Shown here: in pieces, positions 38,195 to 50,341 of the stretch
Position numbering within the stretch: the stretch's first letter is position 1
How the letters are laid out: every line of letters begins with the position of its first letter
From: Carcharhinus longimanus
Lineage: Eukaryota
DNA length: 62,252 nucleotides
Direction of reading: 5' to 3'
Assembly (NCBI GenBank): GCA_030264375.1
Contig: JASCQW010000190.1
Span: forward strand, 21,159,593 to 21,221,844
Notes under the pieces: generated by a model
What the model was told of the DNA's origin: nothing
Seen by the model: the letters and a program-made list of their open reading frames with translations, nothing else
Database searches by the model: none
Translations under genes and position numbers: made by a program

Positions 38195-38598
38195 GTAGCA
38201 TGGTATAATGGGTACTGTAGTATCATGGTTACTGGATGAGTAATGCAGATACCATGACATGAATTCCAATCCACCATGGTCACTGGGGAATTTAAAATTC
38301 AATTAATCAAATAAATTTGGAATAAAAACTTGTATCTGTCATAGTAAGCATGACATTACTGGATTGTGGTTAAAAAAACATCTGGTTCACTAATATCATT
38401 TAGGGAAGGAAATCCACCACCCTTGACTAGCCTACGAGATATGTGGCTCCAGATCCACAGCAAAGTGGTTGACTCTTAACTGCCCTCAATAAGCCATTCA
38501 GTGGTATTCATCACAAGCTTCTCAGGGGAAATTAGGGATGGACAATAAATGCTGACCTTAGCAGTGATGCTCTCATTGTGTGAATGAATAATAAAAAT
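38195..38598 (+). mobile_element. tRNA-derived SINE with a tail from the non-HER1 CR1/L2-group LINE
   Basis: Core TTTAGGGAAGGAAATC...CTCCAGATCCACAGCAA and tail TTCTCAGGGGAAATTAGGGATGGACAATAAATGCTG...TGAATGAAT, shared with 54850 and the LINE tail at 48660. Confidence 0.8.
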
Positions 38599-39199
38599 CT
38601 TATGACATCAATAGGCCTCGAAAGACATTTTAACCGGGACCTGAAGGGACAGTCCATTCACTTGCCAGACTGCAATATGGCAGCAGCTGGTGGAAAGAAC
38701 AAAGAGGTCCACCAGTGAAAGTGAAGATATTTCCCCTCTGGGGCCTCAAGGAACAGAGTGCTCCTCTACGTCCCCCAAAGAAAGTCACAACCTCCACCAG
38801 TCCATTCTCTCCGAGCCTCCGTCCCCCTGAGACCTGTTCAAAAACCCCACCCATTATCTGCGAGTCTAATGATGCCCTACTGGCAACTGTTCTCTGCCTT
38901 CTTCCCACCCAGAAAGGGAAGTAAAATGAAGGGTGAAATTTCCCTGAATTTCACTAAGTGCAATAATGGCAGTGAAATTGGCACTGATCCCACCAGCTGC
39001 AATGGTGGGTTTTTGCACCATGTCATCCCATCCTGCCTCATTGTTATGAATTCCCTTAAAATCCACCAGACTGCTGGTGGTGGTCTCCGGTTCGCTAGCC
39101 CTGATGTGAACTCACCGTTTCCTCAGTTGGGGCGGCCTATTTAAAAGGGCACAGTGCACACATTTCTAAATGCTTGTAGTGCACAATCACTCCACTGAA

Positions 39200-40140
39200 C
39201 AGATGGCCCCAAAGGAAGAGTGCTGCCCCTGATTTTGTGATGCCTCATTTGTGAGCCTGATGGACACTGTGGAGACCCACTGTGATGTCCTTCACCTCCA
39301 CTCTGGCCGCAAGAAGGGCAGCACTGTGACAAATTTGCCTTGGATAGTGGTGACAGCCGCGGTGAGTGCAAATGTTGCCAGAGGAGATCTGCTACCCAAT
39401 GCCAGAAGAGGATGAATGATTGCGTCCATTCTGCCAGGATAAGTTAACCATCTCATCACTCTCAGCTCACACAATTACAAGCCCACCACACATCAACAGG
39501 GATCTCGCTCAACTTTCAGCTCAATGGACATCATCACTCACTCTGTCAGATATACCTTCTCTATTGGGTCCCATTCCCTCTGCTCATCATGTCCTCGTTC
39601 CTTCCATGGCTCCATTAATGACCCTGAAATGCCTGCCATCCTTCCCAATTGCCTTGCCATCATCTTGCTTACACCTTCACCATTTCACTTTATGTAGGAC
39701 AAGATCACACGCAATAAAAGGTGGAAGTCACAGACCAGGGGTTGTGTGATGGACTTCACTGGCCTTTGCAACTTTGAAAACAGAGCCATCGCACCGGCCA
39801 GAGGTTATGTTGACCGTTCCTGTTGCAATGGTGAAGCCAGCAGCAAGCATCCATGTGAGGATCTTGCACCAGATCATCACTCTGGCAATGCTACTCTGAG
39901 TTAGCTGTTCTGTGTGTTACACAGCTGGCGCGTACTAATAATTGCCACTTTCTCTCCTAGGCACATCGACAATGAGCCGGACATCCTCAGGCAACCTGGG
40001 CCTCCGCTCCAAAGAAAGACAAGAGCAAATCGGATGAGGATCCTGAGGACCTGTCACCTTTCTCACCCACATCCTCCACCAATGCCCTGACACACACCTT
40101 AGTCAGACTGAGATGTAGAACAGGTTGAGGATACCAACCT
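39200..40140 (+). pseudogene. Harbinger Myb/SANT-like accessory gene remnant with introns
   Basis: Degenerate translation FCDASFVSLMDTVETHCDVL...W..VTAAVSAN...RSATQCQKRMND, then TTATGTAG|DKITRNKRWKSQTRG. This resembles trihelix Myb/SANT proteins of Harbinger elements. Possible TIR GGGTGAAATT at about 38931. Confidence 0.65.
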
Positions 40141-40152
40141 GATGAGCACAGA

Positions 40153-40468
40153 GGGGTGGCACGGTGGTTAGCACTGTTCCCTCACAGCACCGGAGACCTG
40201 GGTTCAATTCCCTGCTTGGGTCACTGTCTATATGGAGTTTGCACATTCTCCACGTATCTGCGTGGATTTCCTCCGGGTGTTCTGGTTTCCTCCCACAGTC
40301 AAAAGATGTGCAGGTTAGGTAGACTGGCCATGCTAACTTGCCCCTTAGTGTCAGGGGGACTAGCTAGAGTAAATGCATTAAAGCTATGGGCATAGGGTCT
40401 GGGTGGGATTGTTGGTGTGGACTTGCTGGGCCGTATGGCTGCCTTCTGCACTGTAGGATTCTATGATC
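40153..40468 (+). mobile_element. HE1 SINE (CR1-type tail)
   Basis: Complete copy ending CTGCACTGTAGGATTCTATGAT. Confidence 0.92.
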
Positions 40469-40894
40469 CTGAAATATAAAGTGGGGCCCATGTGATCTTC
40501 TGGAGTAGTTTTGATTGATGAAAGATGTCAGAGAGGGCTTTCTAGATCTTTACCTTGAATTGGCGTGGATTTTGAACCTCTCTCAAGACATTACATGAAT
40601 GTAATGTAGATATTGTGATGCACTCAGTATCCTAACTACATGGGACAGGTTACGTGGACCAGCAAGCCTTCTCCTCTCCCATGATTTTTCATATGTTTGA
40701 GGGCATGTAAATATATATAACTGCTTCTGCCAACCAAACATCAGTTTAACTTTACAACACAATCTTATATATAGTGGAATAAAGAGCCTTTATCAGCAAA
40801 ATTCACATCAAACCTTAAAACTGCATCAGAATTCTGCATTTGACAAACATAGCAATGGGACAAGACAAGGTCTTCAGGTGAAATAATTGTTTGA

Positions 40895-41112
40895 CCATTC
40901 ACACCTTCTATTCTCTCAATGGACCGCCATTAGCACCTCTTAGTCTTTCCCCTCATTTTTGCGGCTATGACCCATCTTTCATTCCTTCACCCTAAGTATA
41001 AATATCTCCCACTTTTAGCTTTGATAAAGGGTCATCTGGACTTGAAACATCAGCTCTCTTCTCTCCTTACTGATGTGCCAGACCTGCTGAGATTTTCCAG
41101 CATTTTCTCTTA
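40895..41112 (+). mobile_element. Penelope-derived short repeat with a degenerate hammerhead
   Basis: AGCT-TTGATAA-A-GGGTC-ATCTG-GACTT-GAAA-CATC-AGCT followed by GCCAGACCTGCTGAGATTTTCCAGCATTTTCT. Confidence 0.65.
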
Positions 41113-41439
41113 AGGTATCCAGGTGTACGCACTGCGTGCCAAACTGAGAGACTACATCATAAAACAAAAGAAGAACGAAGGACAGATTCATCGCTATAGT
41201 GACGACAACTGGAAATGATTTGCTTGAAAAATTAACTTATGCCCATCCTCAAGAAAATTGGAAGTGTGCCTCTGTGGAGGGAGTCATTTTGTGTATGTGT
41301 CCACTGGCAGAAGGCCCTTTACTGCTATCTCAAACTATAACCACTGCTGCGTTTTTACTGTTTGTTTCACTAATAACTTTATTCAAGTGGTGAAATCTCC
41401 CAGTGATTCAGAATTCGCAAACACATCCAAATCCGATTC

Positions 41440-41716
41440 CCAGCACCAGGGACCCAGGTTCGATTCCTGGCTTGGGTCACTGTCTGTTTGGAGTCTGCGC
41501 ATTCTCCCCGTGTCTGCATGGGTTTCTCCCGGCGCTCTGGTTTTCTTCCACAATCCAAAAGACATGCTGGTTAAATGCATTAGCCATGCTAACTTCTCCC
41601 ACAGTGTACCTGAATAGACATCGATGTGTGGCGACTAGGGAATTTTCGCGGCAACTTCATTGCAGTGTGAATGTAAGCCTACTTGTGACACTAATAAATA
41701 AACTTAAACTTTAAAC
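41440..41716 (+). mobile_element. V-SINE, alternative tail, 5' truncated
   Basis: Begins before the B box GGTTCGATTCC; tail GTGACACTAATAAATAAACTTAAACTTTAAAC. Confidence 0.9.
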
Positions 41717-42120
41717 GTGTGATGGAGAGGCTTTTGTGGAGTCAGGAGATGAGTAATTTGCTTCAGAAGACCGCAGCCTCTGAGCTGCTCTTGCAGACCA
41801 CAGTATGTGGCTGGATCAGTTCTATTTCTGGTAAATAGTAATAGATGCTGTTGGATCAACAATGATAACGCAGTTCAGTGTCAAGGGAAGATGGTTTGAC
41901 TTGTTTTTTTTGGGGGGTAGTAATTGCTTGGCCCATGTGTGGCAAGAATGTTATTTAGCACTTACCAGCTCAAGCTCGAAGGTTACCTAGATCTTGCTGT
42001 ATGCAGGAATAGACTGCTTTATTACCTGAGGAGCTGCGAGCGGTACTGAACAATGTGCAATAAACAGCCTGACCTCTGACTTTATGATGCAGTGGAGATC
42101 ATTGATGAAATTACAAGAAT
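41717..42120 (-). mobile_element. CR1/L2-group LINE RT fragment
   Basis: FINDLHCIIKSEVRLF (degenerate RT region), homologous to the 56500-56800 segment. Confidence 0.7.
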
Positions 42121-43465
42121 GCATGGGCCGAGAACACAGCCCTGAACCTTTCCTGCCGTGGTGTCTTGCTGCAGGCATGGAGGGCTGCCTTAATGAGTTA
42201 ATGACCACAGTACTAGGGAAGATTCAACTGCATTGTACTTCCAGTGTTGTTGCTGCATCGCATTTATATCCTCATTTAGCTTGCAGGATCCATTAAAAAA
42301 ACACTTACTTCACTGCCTCTCTCAACATCTTTCCTACACCTTTCACTGAGCCTGTGCACTCCTCCTTCACTGTCGCAGTTCAACCATCCTGCAACATTAA
42401 GACCTCCACTCCACAGTGAACGAAGTCATCCCAATAAATATTCGAGGCCTCTAGTCACCTAGAACATCTAGGATTGTGGAGCATGCAAAGGTCTGTTGAC
42501 CTCCGGCAGGAATATCCGGCCTTGGGGTGAGCGCGGCTGGAGAATCCCATTCTATGACTCTGACTCTATGTTCTTCCTCCTCCCCCTAGTTCCACTGCAT
42601 TGAAAGACACTGCAGTCTCCTACACTAACTTCCAGATCTCCAGAAATGTGGGATTCTTTATCAGCTTCGGCCTTTCCTGCCTGCTACAAATTCTCTTACA
42701 CTGATTTCTAATCTCCCATTTTAAATAGGGCGATATCCTGCGATGTAGACTGCACTTCTTCAATAACGTTCTCAGTTTTAACTACACAGAAATACTGACA
42801 TGCAGCTTTGACACAACCAAGGTATCTCATGTCCCATCACACCACCAAGAGGCAGTAGCCTCGCAGTTACTCGGCAAATCTTCCTTCATTAATCTTACCT
42901 CATCAGTCCTTTCAGTCACATGTGACAAAACAAAGCCTCTCACTGACAGACTGATAAGGAGAAATATAACTGCCCTATTCATTCCTGAATATCACACTAT
43001 CCCAGTTAATCTTTAATAAACCCATTTTGTCCCTGCTAAGACTCACTATCATAATAATACTGTGCTGGTTTTGTCTGACTGCCGGGGAACTGAGTGACAT
43101 CTTACAATGAACAGTGAGCGTTTACTGTCAGGTTACATGTTGCCTTTCGGGCCATGATCCCAATGTCCTGCACACTTTGGGGTGTCACATGGTCCAGCAC
43201 CAGCCAAGGCTGGCCCATGGGTGAGAAATGCAGGCAACCGCCCAGGGCACATTGGGGTGAAAGATAACATGAAGGGAAACTCTCAAATGATGGTGAAAAA
43301 ACAAGCAGCGAATTCAGACTAACCCCCATCCCCACACCCTTCAACAGGGCATTGAAAAAGGAGGCTGATGGCTTGACAAATGTGCAGAAGAATCAGCATC
43401 CCCATTGGGAATGCGGATCAGACAGGTAAGTGAATGAGCAGCAACTGGAGGCTAGTTTAAAAGGA

Positions 43466-43540
43466 ACATAGAACATTACAGCGCAGAACAGGCCCTTCGG
43501 CCCACGATGTTGCGCCGACCAGTTACAAAAACAATGACCN
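43466..43540 (-). mobile_element. Young CR1 3' tail running into a gap
   Basis: AACATAGAACATTACAGCGCAGAACAGGCCCTTCGGCCCACGATGTTGCGCCGACC with CpGs retained. Confidence 0.8.
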
Positions 43541-43639
43541 NNNNNNNNNNNNNNNNNNNNNNNNNNNNNNNNNNNNNNNNNNNNNNNNNNNNNNNNNNNN
43601 NNNNNNNNNNNNNNNNNNNNNNNNNNNNNNNNNNNNNNN

Positions 43640-43890
43640 ACTGTCTATATGGAGTTTGCACATTCTCCCCGTGTCTGCATGGGTTTCCTCCGGCTGCTTT
43701 GGTTTCCTCCCACAGTCCAAACATGCACAGGTTAGGTGGATTGGCCATGCCAAATTATCCCTTAGTGCCACCAACTAAGGGGGACCAACTAGGGTAAATA
43801 CATGGGGGTTATGGGGATAGGGCCTGGGTGGAATTGTGGTCAGGGCAGACTCGATGGGCTAAGTGGCCTCCTTCTGCACTGTATGATTCA
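43640..43890 (+). mobile_element. HE1 SINE (head in gap)
   Basis: V domain and CR1-type tail. Confidence 0.88.
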
Positions 43891-43959
43891 ATGGTGTTAT
43901 AGAATCATCCCCCCTTACTCCAGTAACTGACCCCGAATTAATAATCCAACACAACCTCC

Positions 43960-44700
43960 CTGTCTCCCCTGAAGATCTTATAGCCCAGAATGTTGAGTTG
44001 CCAATCCTGCCCCTCCTCAACTTCAGCTCTGTGACGGCAATAATATCCCATTTCCAAGTGTCAATCCACGCCCTAACTCATCAGTCTTATCTATAATACT
44101 ACTAGCATTAAAGTAGAGGCTATCCAGTTCACCTTGCTCCCTTGGAACTTGACACTGTTGGTATCTCTCTGTCTTGTTTCCTTTACTATAGTATGCTGTG
44201 ACCCCGTTGTACTAATGATCCATGCTCCCTCCCCCACCAGACTAGTTTAAGTTTCTTTGAGCAGCACTAGCAAACCCACCACAAGGATGTTGGTCCCACT
44301 CTGGTTCACGGGCTGATCNNNNNNNNNNNNNNNNNNNNNNNNNNNNNNNNNNNNNNNNNNNNNNNNNNNNNNNNNNNNNNNNNNNNNNNNNNNNNNNNNN
44401 NNNNNNNNNNNNNNNNNNAAGAATCTAAAACCCTTCCTCCTGCACCAACTCTTGAACCACACATTCATCTGCCCTATTCTCCTATTTCTGTACTCACCAG
44501 CATGTGGCACCGGGAAGAATCCAGAGGTTACAACCTTTGAGATACTGTTTTTTAGTCTACTGTCGAGCTCCCTGAATTCTTGATTCAAGGCCTCATCTTT
44601 CATTCCACCAACATGTTCCATGACCTCTGACCCCTTTAGGAAGCCGTGCAGCCATTCAGTGACATGTCTGACCCCCAGGGAGACAACACAGCTTCCCGGA
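43960..44700 (-). mobile_element. CR1 ORF1 (SGNH esterase-like) and start of ORF2
   Basis: EFRELDSRLKNSISKVVTSGFFPVPHAGEYRNRRIGQMNVWFKSWCRRKGFRF is typical of the CR1 ORF1 esterase domain. Confidence 0.8.
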
Positions 44701-44701
44701 G

Positions 44702-46200
44702 TCATGCCTGCTTATTATGGTCGCACTCCAGCCATACACTGAGGGAATGGAAGCTTTTCTGTTTATGTACTGTAGTGCCTGCTGCCAGCGAGCTTTGATA
44801 GCCACATGGGCAGTCGATGGAAACCCGAAAATCACAGCAAAGGCCTATACTCTGACGTCCTGGTGTACCTGATCTTTGTTGAAGTTGATGTGATGTGACT
44901 GTGGGCCTTGGCAAAAAGGCCTCTGTGACTTCATGCATGTACTTGTGTGTAGATGCCTGAGAGATCCTGCAGAGGTCCCCGGTGTAACCCTGGAAGGAAC
45001 CAGCAGTGTAGATGTTAAGTGTGGCTATTGCTTTCACAGCCACTGGCAACGGATGCCCTCTGCATCCACATGACACCAACTTGTGCAGAATATGGCAAAT
45101 GTGAGTTACAAGATCAGACAAGACTGCAGGAATGAGATAGAGAATCTGGTAAACTGGTGCAATGACAATAATCTCTCCCGTAATGTCAATAAAGCAAAGG
45201 AGATTGTCATCAACTTCAGGAAGCATAGTGGAGAAGATATCCTTACCTAAAGCAAAGAGGAGAAAGTAGAAATCATTGAGAGCTTCAGGTTTTTAGGTGT
45301 CTAAATCACCAACAACCTATCCTGGTCCCCCCTTGCCATTACTATAGTTAAGAAAGCCCACCAATGCCTCTACTTTCTTCGAAGACTAAGAAAATTTGGA
45401 ATGTCAGCTACAACTCCTGTCAACTTTTACAGATGTACCATAGAAAGCATTCTTTCTAATTGTATCACAGCTTGGTATGGCTTCTGCTCTGCCCAGGACC
45501 GCAAGAAACTACAAAAGGTTATGAATGTAGCCCAATNNNNNNNNNNNNNNNNNNNNNNNNNNNNNNNNNNNNNNNNNNNNNNNNNNNNNNNNNNNNNNNN
45601 NNNNNNNNNNNNNNNNNNNNNNNNNNNNNNNNNNNNNNNNNNNNNNNNNNNNNNNNNNNNNNNNNNNNNNNNNNNNNNNNNNNNNNNNNNNNNNNNNNNN
45701 NNNNNNNNNNNNNNNNNNNNNNNNNNNNNNNNNNNNNNNNNNNNNNNNNNNNNNNNNNNNNNNNNNNNNNNNNNNNNNNNNNNNNNNNNNNNNNNNNNNN
45801 NNNNNNNNNNNNNNNNNNNNNNNNNNNNNNNNNNNNNNNNNNNNNNNNNNNNNNNNNNNNNNNNNNNNNNNNNNNNNNNNNNNNNNNNATATATGTGATA
45901 ATAATAAATCAAATCAAATCAGATTAGATCATTGAGTATGCAGAAATGTTGGCAAAACTGTTTCTCCTGCAGATAAAACATGTGACGTCGGTACACCCTC
46001 ACTGCAGTAAGACACCGACGCACAACATTTCTGTTTTCCTGGACCACCCCGTCCAGAGTGTGCACCGCTTGGCCTTGGTCTTCCAGGTTTTACTCCTGCC
46101 TTTGGTGCGCCAGCCTTCTCCTTCGCAGTTGTCTCCTTCTCCCATTTCTGTCTGCTGTTATGCAGGCATCAATGAATGCAGTCTTCATTTGCTTTTTGAC
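44702..46200 (-). pseudogene. Harbinger (HARBI1-like DDE) transposase remnant split by a Rex1 insertion at about 45113-45925
   Basis: GHPLPVAVKAIATLNIYTAGSFQGYTGDLCRISQASTHKYMHEVTEAF and KSFHSLSVWLECDH (44702-45112). N-terminal RVYRRHMFYLQ lies at about 45960-46000. Confidence 0.85.
45113..45925 (+). mobile_element. Rex1/Babar LINE 3' part
   Basis: NFYRCTIESILSNCITAWYG.CSAQDRKKLQKV with tail AATAATAAATCAAATCAAATC. Confidence 0.9.
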
Positions 46201-46334
46201 CAGCTCTCTGCAGGATGAATAAGAAACTGACAGGAGTTAGAACTCATCTGCAATACTAACTTGCCTCATGAGTGACTGTAGGCTAACAGCCCTGGCTCCC
46301 ATGTCACAAAATGCAATTATTTATCAATCTACAC

Positions 46335-46826
46335 TGTGATGTGTGCATCCCTCCACCCGTATGATCTCTCTACCTGTCTGATTCCTTCACCNNNNNNNNN
46401 NNNNNNNNNNNNNNNNNNNNNNNNNNNNNNNNNNNNNNNNNNNNNNNNNNNNNNNNNNNNNNNNNNNNNNNNNNNNNNNNNNNNNNNNNNNNNNNNNNNN
46501 NNNNNNNNNNNNNNNNNNNNNNNNNNNNNNNNNNNNNNNNNNNNNNNNNNNNNNNNNNNNNNNNNNNNNNNNNNNNNNNNNNNNNNNNNNNNNNNNNNNN
46601 NNNNNNNNNNNNNNNNNNNNNNNNNNNNNNNNNNNNNNNNNNNNNNNNTGTGATCCCTCCATCCCTGTGATTCCTCCACCCGTGTGATCCCTCCACCCCT
46701 CTGATCCTTCCAACAGTCTGATCTCTCCACCCGTGTGATCCCTCCACCCATGTGATCCCTCCACCCTGTGATCCCTCTACCTGTCTGATCCCTCCACCTG
46801 TCTGATCTCTCCACTCGTGTGATCCC
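46335..46826 (+). repeat. Minisatellite, unit about 16 bp (TGTGATCCCTCCACCC), partly in a gap
   Basis: About 11 visible degenerate units at 46649-46826 and about 3 before the gap. Confidence 0.9.
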
Positions 46827-46849
46827 GCAAAATGCCAAAGCTTGTCTTC

Positions 46850-47400
46850 TTGAAACTGTTCAGCACCGCACGTGTCAAAAGCTTATCTGGCTGCTAAATT
46901 ACACTTAACTTGATCATCACTGTGGGGAAATGCTTTACTGCATGCATGTTGTCCGTTCCTTGTTACTTCCTAATTTCACCCAGACTGATTCTGCATTTAG
47001 ATTCTCTGAGCTAATATCCTCTCTCGCACTGACTTCATCCTTGACTAACAACTGCACCCCATGCCCTTTCCTTTTTGTGTGTCCTTCCTGAATATTGAGT
47101 TCTCTTGGATATTTAGTTCTCAGCCTTGGGCACTCTGCAGCTATGTCTCCGGAATCGCAATCATTTTGTACCCAATTAATTCAATTTGCATTGTTAATTT
47201 GTCTACCTTGTTGTAAATCCTCCCTGCGTACAGAAGCAGTGTCTCTAGACTTGTCTTTTTAACATTAAGTTATTTCTACGTACTATGGCCCAACTTGCTG
47301 TGAGCTTTTGTTTCCTGTGCCTTCCAATTTTCCTTTCTACTTTTCTGTCTTTCATTTCTTTGTTTCCTCTCTTGTGTCTCCCCATTCAGATTCTCATCCC
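46850..47400 (-). mobile_element. CR1 ORF2 N-terminal (APE endonuclease) fragment
   Basis: Minus translation near 47100-47240 approximates IYNKVDKLTMQIELIGYKMIAIPET...WELNI. Confidence 0.7.
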
Positions 47401-47619
47401 TCTGCTACTCCAATTTTCACAAGTAAATTTACTTAAAAAAAATCAAGCCTTTTTTATCTCAAAATTGATATTGCATTGATGCTTAAGATTATATTGACTT
47501 TTGTGGGGCTAGAGGAAGGTGTGACTAACTTTTAACTGGTTAGTGCTATTTAGGGACACCTGCTACTGGACCTCACAGCTACCTATGATAGAGTGGGGGC
47601 ACACTTGCCTTCTCCCAGC

Positions 47620-48532
47620 TCCATACTATGCCCCTTATACACCTATGACTATGTGACCACATTCCCCTCCAAATCGATTTTCACATTTGATGACAACACC
47701 AACGTAGCGGGTCAGATTTCAAACAATGATGAGACAGAGTACAGGAATAAGATAGAGAATCTGGTGAACTGGTACGTCAACAATAATCTCTCCTTCAATG
47801 TCAACAAAATGAAGGAGATTGTCATCAATTTCAGGAAGCATAGAGGAAAACATACCCCTGTCTATGTCAATGAGCATGAAGTAGAAATGGTCGAAAGCTT
47901 CAAGTTTTTAGGTGCCCATATCACCAACAACCCGTCCTGGTCCCCCCATGCCAATACATGCCAAGAAAGTCCATCAATGCCTCTACTTTCTCAGAAAACT
48001 AAGGAAATTTGGCANNNNNNNNNNNNNNNNNNNNNNNNNNNNNNNNNNNNNNNNNNNNNNNNNNNNNNNNNNNNNNNNNNNNNNNNNNNNNNNNNNNNNN
48101 NNNNNNNNNNNNNNNNNNNNNNNNNNNNNNNNNNNNNNNNNNNNNNNNNNNNNNNNNNNNNNNNNNNNNNNNNNNNNNNNNNNNNNNNNNNNNNNNNNNN
48201 NNNNNNNNNNNNNNNNNNNNNNNNNNNNNNNNNNNNNNNNNNNNNNNNNNNNNNNNNNNNNNNNNNNNNNNNNNNNNNNNNNNNNNNNNNNNNNNNNNNN
48301 NNNNNNNNNNNNNNNNNNNNNNNNNNNNNNNNNNNNNNNNNNNNNNNNNNNNNNNNNNNNNNNNNTGATCTTATTGAATGGCGGGGCAGGCTCGAAGGGC
48401 TAGGTGGCCTACTCCTGCTCCTATTTCTTATGTTCTTATGAACAGTATGATTTGTATGTATAGCGCACATGAAACAACACTTTTCGTTGTATCCCAATAA
48501 ATGTGACAATAATAAATCAAATCAAGTCAAAT
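47620..48532 (+). mobile_element. Rex1/Babar LINE (RT to tail), with a CR1 3' end (48366-48440) inserted
   Basis: FDDNTNVAGQISNNDETEYR...NNLSFNVNKMKEIVINFRK...VESFKFLG; tail TGTGACAATAATAAATCAAATCAAG. Confidence 0.9.
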
Positions 48533-48534
48533 CA

Positions 48535-48742
48535 TCTCGACTTGGAAATATGTTGTTGTTTTTTCACTGTCACTGTGTCGAAATCCTGGAATTCCCTCTG
48601 TAACAGCATGGTGTGTCTACACACCAGGGACTTTAGTGGTTTAAGAAGTCAGCTCACCATCACCTTCTCAAGGGCAAGTAGGGATGGACAATAAATGCTG
48701 GACTAATCAGCAATGCTCACATCCCATAAATGAATTTGAAAA
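48535..48742 (+). mobile_element. 3' tail of the non-HER1 CR1/L2-group LINE
   Basis: AAATCCTGGAATTCCCTC...CTCACCATCACCTTCTCAAGGGCAAGTAGGGATGGACAATAAATGCTGG...CACATCCCATAAATGAAT. Confidence 0.8.
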
Positions 48743-49007
48743 ACCCTCCCCTGGCTTTCTATCCTCACAAACATTACTCCCCAACACATCCACCAACTGA
48801 CAAAAACCCATAAACCAAACTTAAAATCCATGCTGCATCTCATTTAACACTCCATGATGACCTGTTCAATCCATTTACTGGCAGCTTTGATTTTGGCACA
48901 ATTTATGGAACACCTTTCCTGGGCACAATCTACTAGGAAAACACGCTTTAGATCAAGGAATGGGAAACAAGGGAAATCACTAACAAGTTCTGTGTTACAA
49001 ACACAAT

Positions 49008-49130
49008 GGGCGGGATTTCACGGGCTCGCTCGAGGGAGAACGGAAAATCCCGCATGAGGTCAATGGACATTTCCACTGTCCGTCCCTTGTCTCTCTGATT
49101 CCATAGTGGGCAGGGCAGTAGAATTCCGAC
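49008..49130. mobile_element. About 125-bp MITE
   Basis: GGGCGGGATTTC...GGAAAATCCCGCATGAGGTCAATGG...GTAGAATTCCGAC. Confidence 0.75.
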
Positions 49131-49419
49131 AAATCTATCAAATGGCTTTGAACTACCACAACAAGCATGGTCCCTGCTAAACAGGTTCTGGACAGGCCTA
49201 GGCCTCTGTGTAGTCAGACTTCACTGCTGGGGCCTCAGTGCAAATCCCTTATGCACTTGTGGAAAGATACAGATAATGCTGCACATTGCTGAGGAGTGTT
49301 CCCTCAACAGAGTAAGTGGCAGACTAATGACCTTAAACTCAGAAAATGAGATGGCTATTACATGCCTTCAGGGATTCACATGCAAAAAATAAAATATAGA
49401 GTGGATAAAAAGTAAAATA

Positions 49420-49780
49420 AGAATGACTTTCTTTTACAAGGTGCCTTTCACAAGCTCAGAATGCTTCAACATGCTTCATAATCATGAAATACTTTGGAAG
49501 TGTCGTACGTAGGAAACATAGCAGCCAATTGGCACACAGCAAAGTCTGACAAGCCATCTGATAATGACCAGATAATCTGTTTTATTGGTTGAGGGGTGAA
49601 TGTTGGTCAAGGCACTGGGATGAACTCAGTTGCTTTTCTTCAAATATTGCCATGGGATCTCCACCTGAGAGAGCAGACATGGCTTTGCTTTAATGTCTCG
49701 TCTGTAAAGTAACACCCTGGACAATGTAGCTGTTCCTGAGCATTGCACTGGAGCATCAGCCTAGATTTTGTGCTGAACTC
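49420..49780 (-). mobile_element. SacSINE1-like DeuSINE
   Basis: GCAGCCAATTGGCACACAGCAA...ATAATGACCAGATAATCTGTTT...TGCCATGGGATC...CACCTGAGAGAGCAGAC...TGCACTGGAGCATCAGCCTAGATTTTGTGCT. Confidence 0.8.
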
Positions 49781-50341
49781 AATGGTATCTGTTCCAAACA
49801 CAGCAGAAAAATGGCTTCCAATTTTTCACTGCATTTCTGCTAGCACTCATTCTACAGCACAAAATTGAACCACTACATTCAACTCAGTGTCCATTTCTAA
49901 AGTTACAAGCAAAAAGAACAGAAGTTATGTCCTGGAATTTATAATATGCAAGCTTTATTTTCAAAATGCAGTACTCCCCCAATTCCCTCTCCAGTTCCTA
50001 ACCGACCTTTGGCAGAAATCTGACTGTGTTCCCCAGTGGACACCTATTGATAATATGTTTGTGTTATGCCTAAAGCAAAATGTTTCTGGGAAGTGTTTAA
50101 TGGCCAACTCCTTCTCAATTCTTTGTGAAACTGTAAAATCTACTTTTTTTTTGAGTGTTATCAAACTGACAATCCTCAGCCCTTAGCACTGTTTTAATTT
50201 ATTCCTTTAAATACGGCCCATAGTGGAATATCAACCAACATCCTTCCACCAGACTTCCATGTGAAGAATAACCATCCAGGTGCAATTCTAGAGGGCTTCT
50301 GGTACCAGTGGGCCTTTCCTGAGCACCAGGCACAGCCTGCT

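Noticed and set aside
44702-45226. Domesticated HARBI1 gene
   Set aside because: Frameshifted, truncated and interrupted by Rex1; the 174-aa ORF is a chimera of antisense Rex1 and transposase.
46335-46826. CRISPR-like periodicity
   Set aside because: Units are contiguous with no unique spacers, in a vertebrate context; it is a minisatellite.
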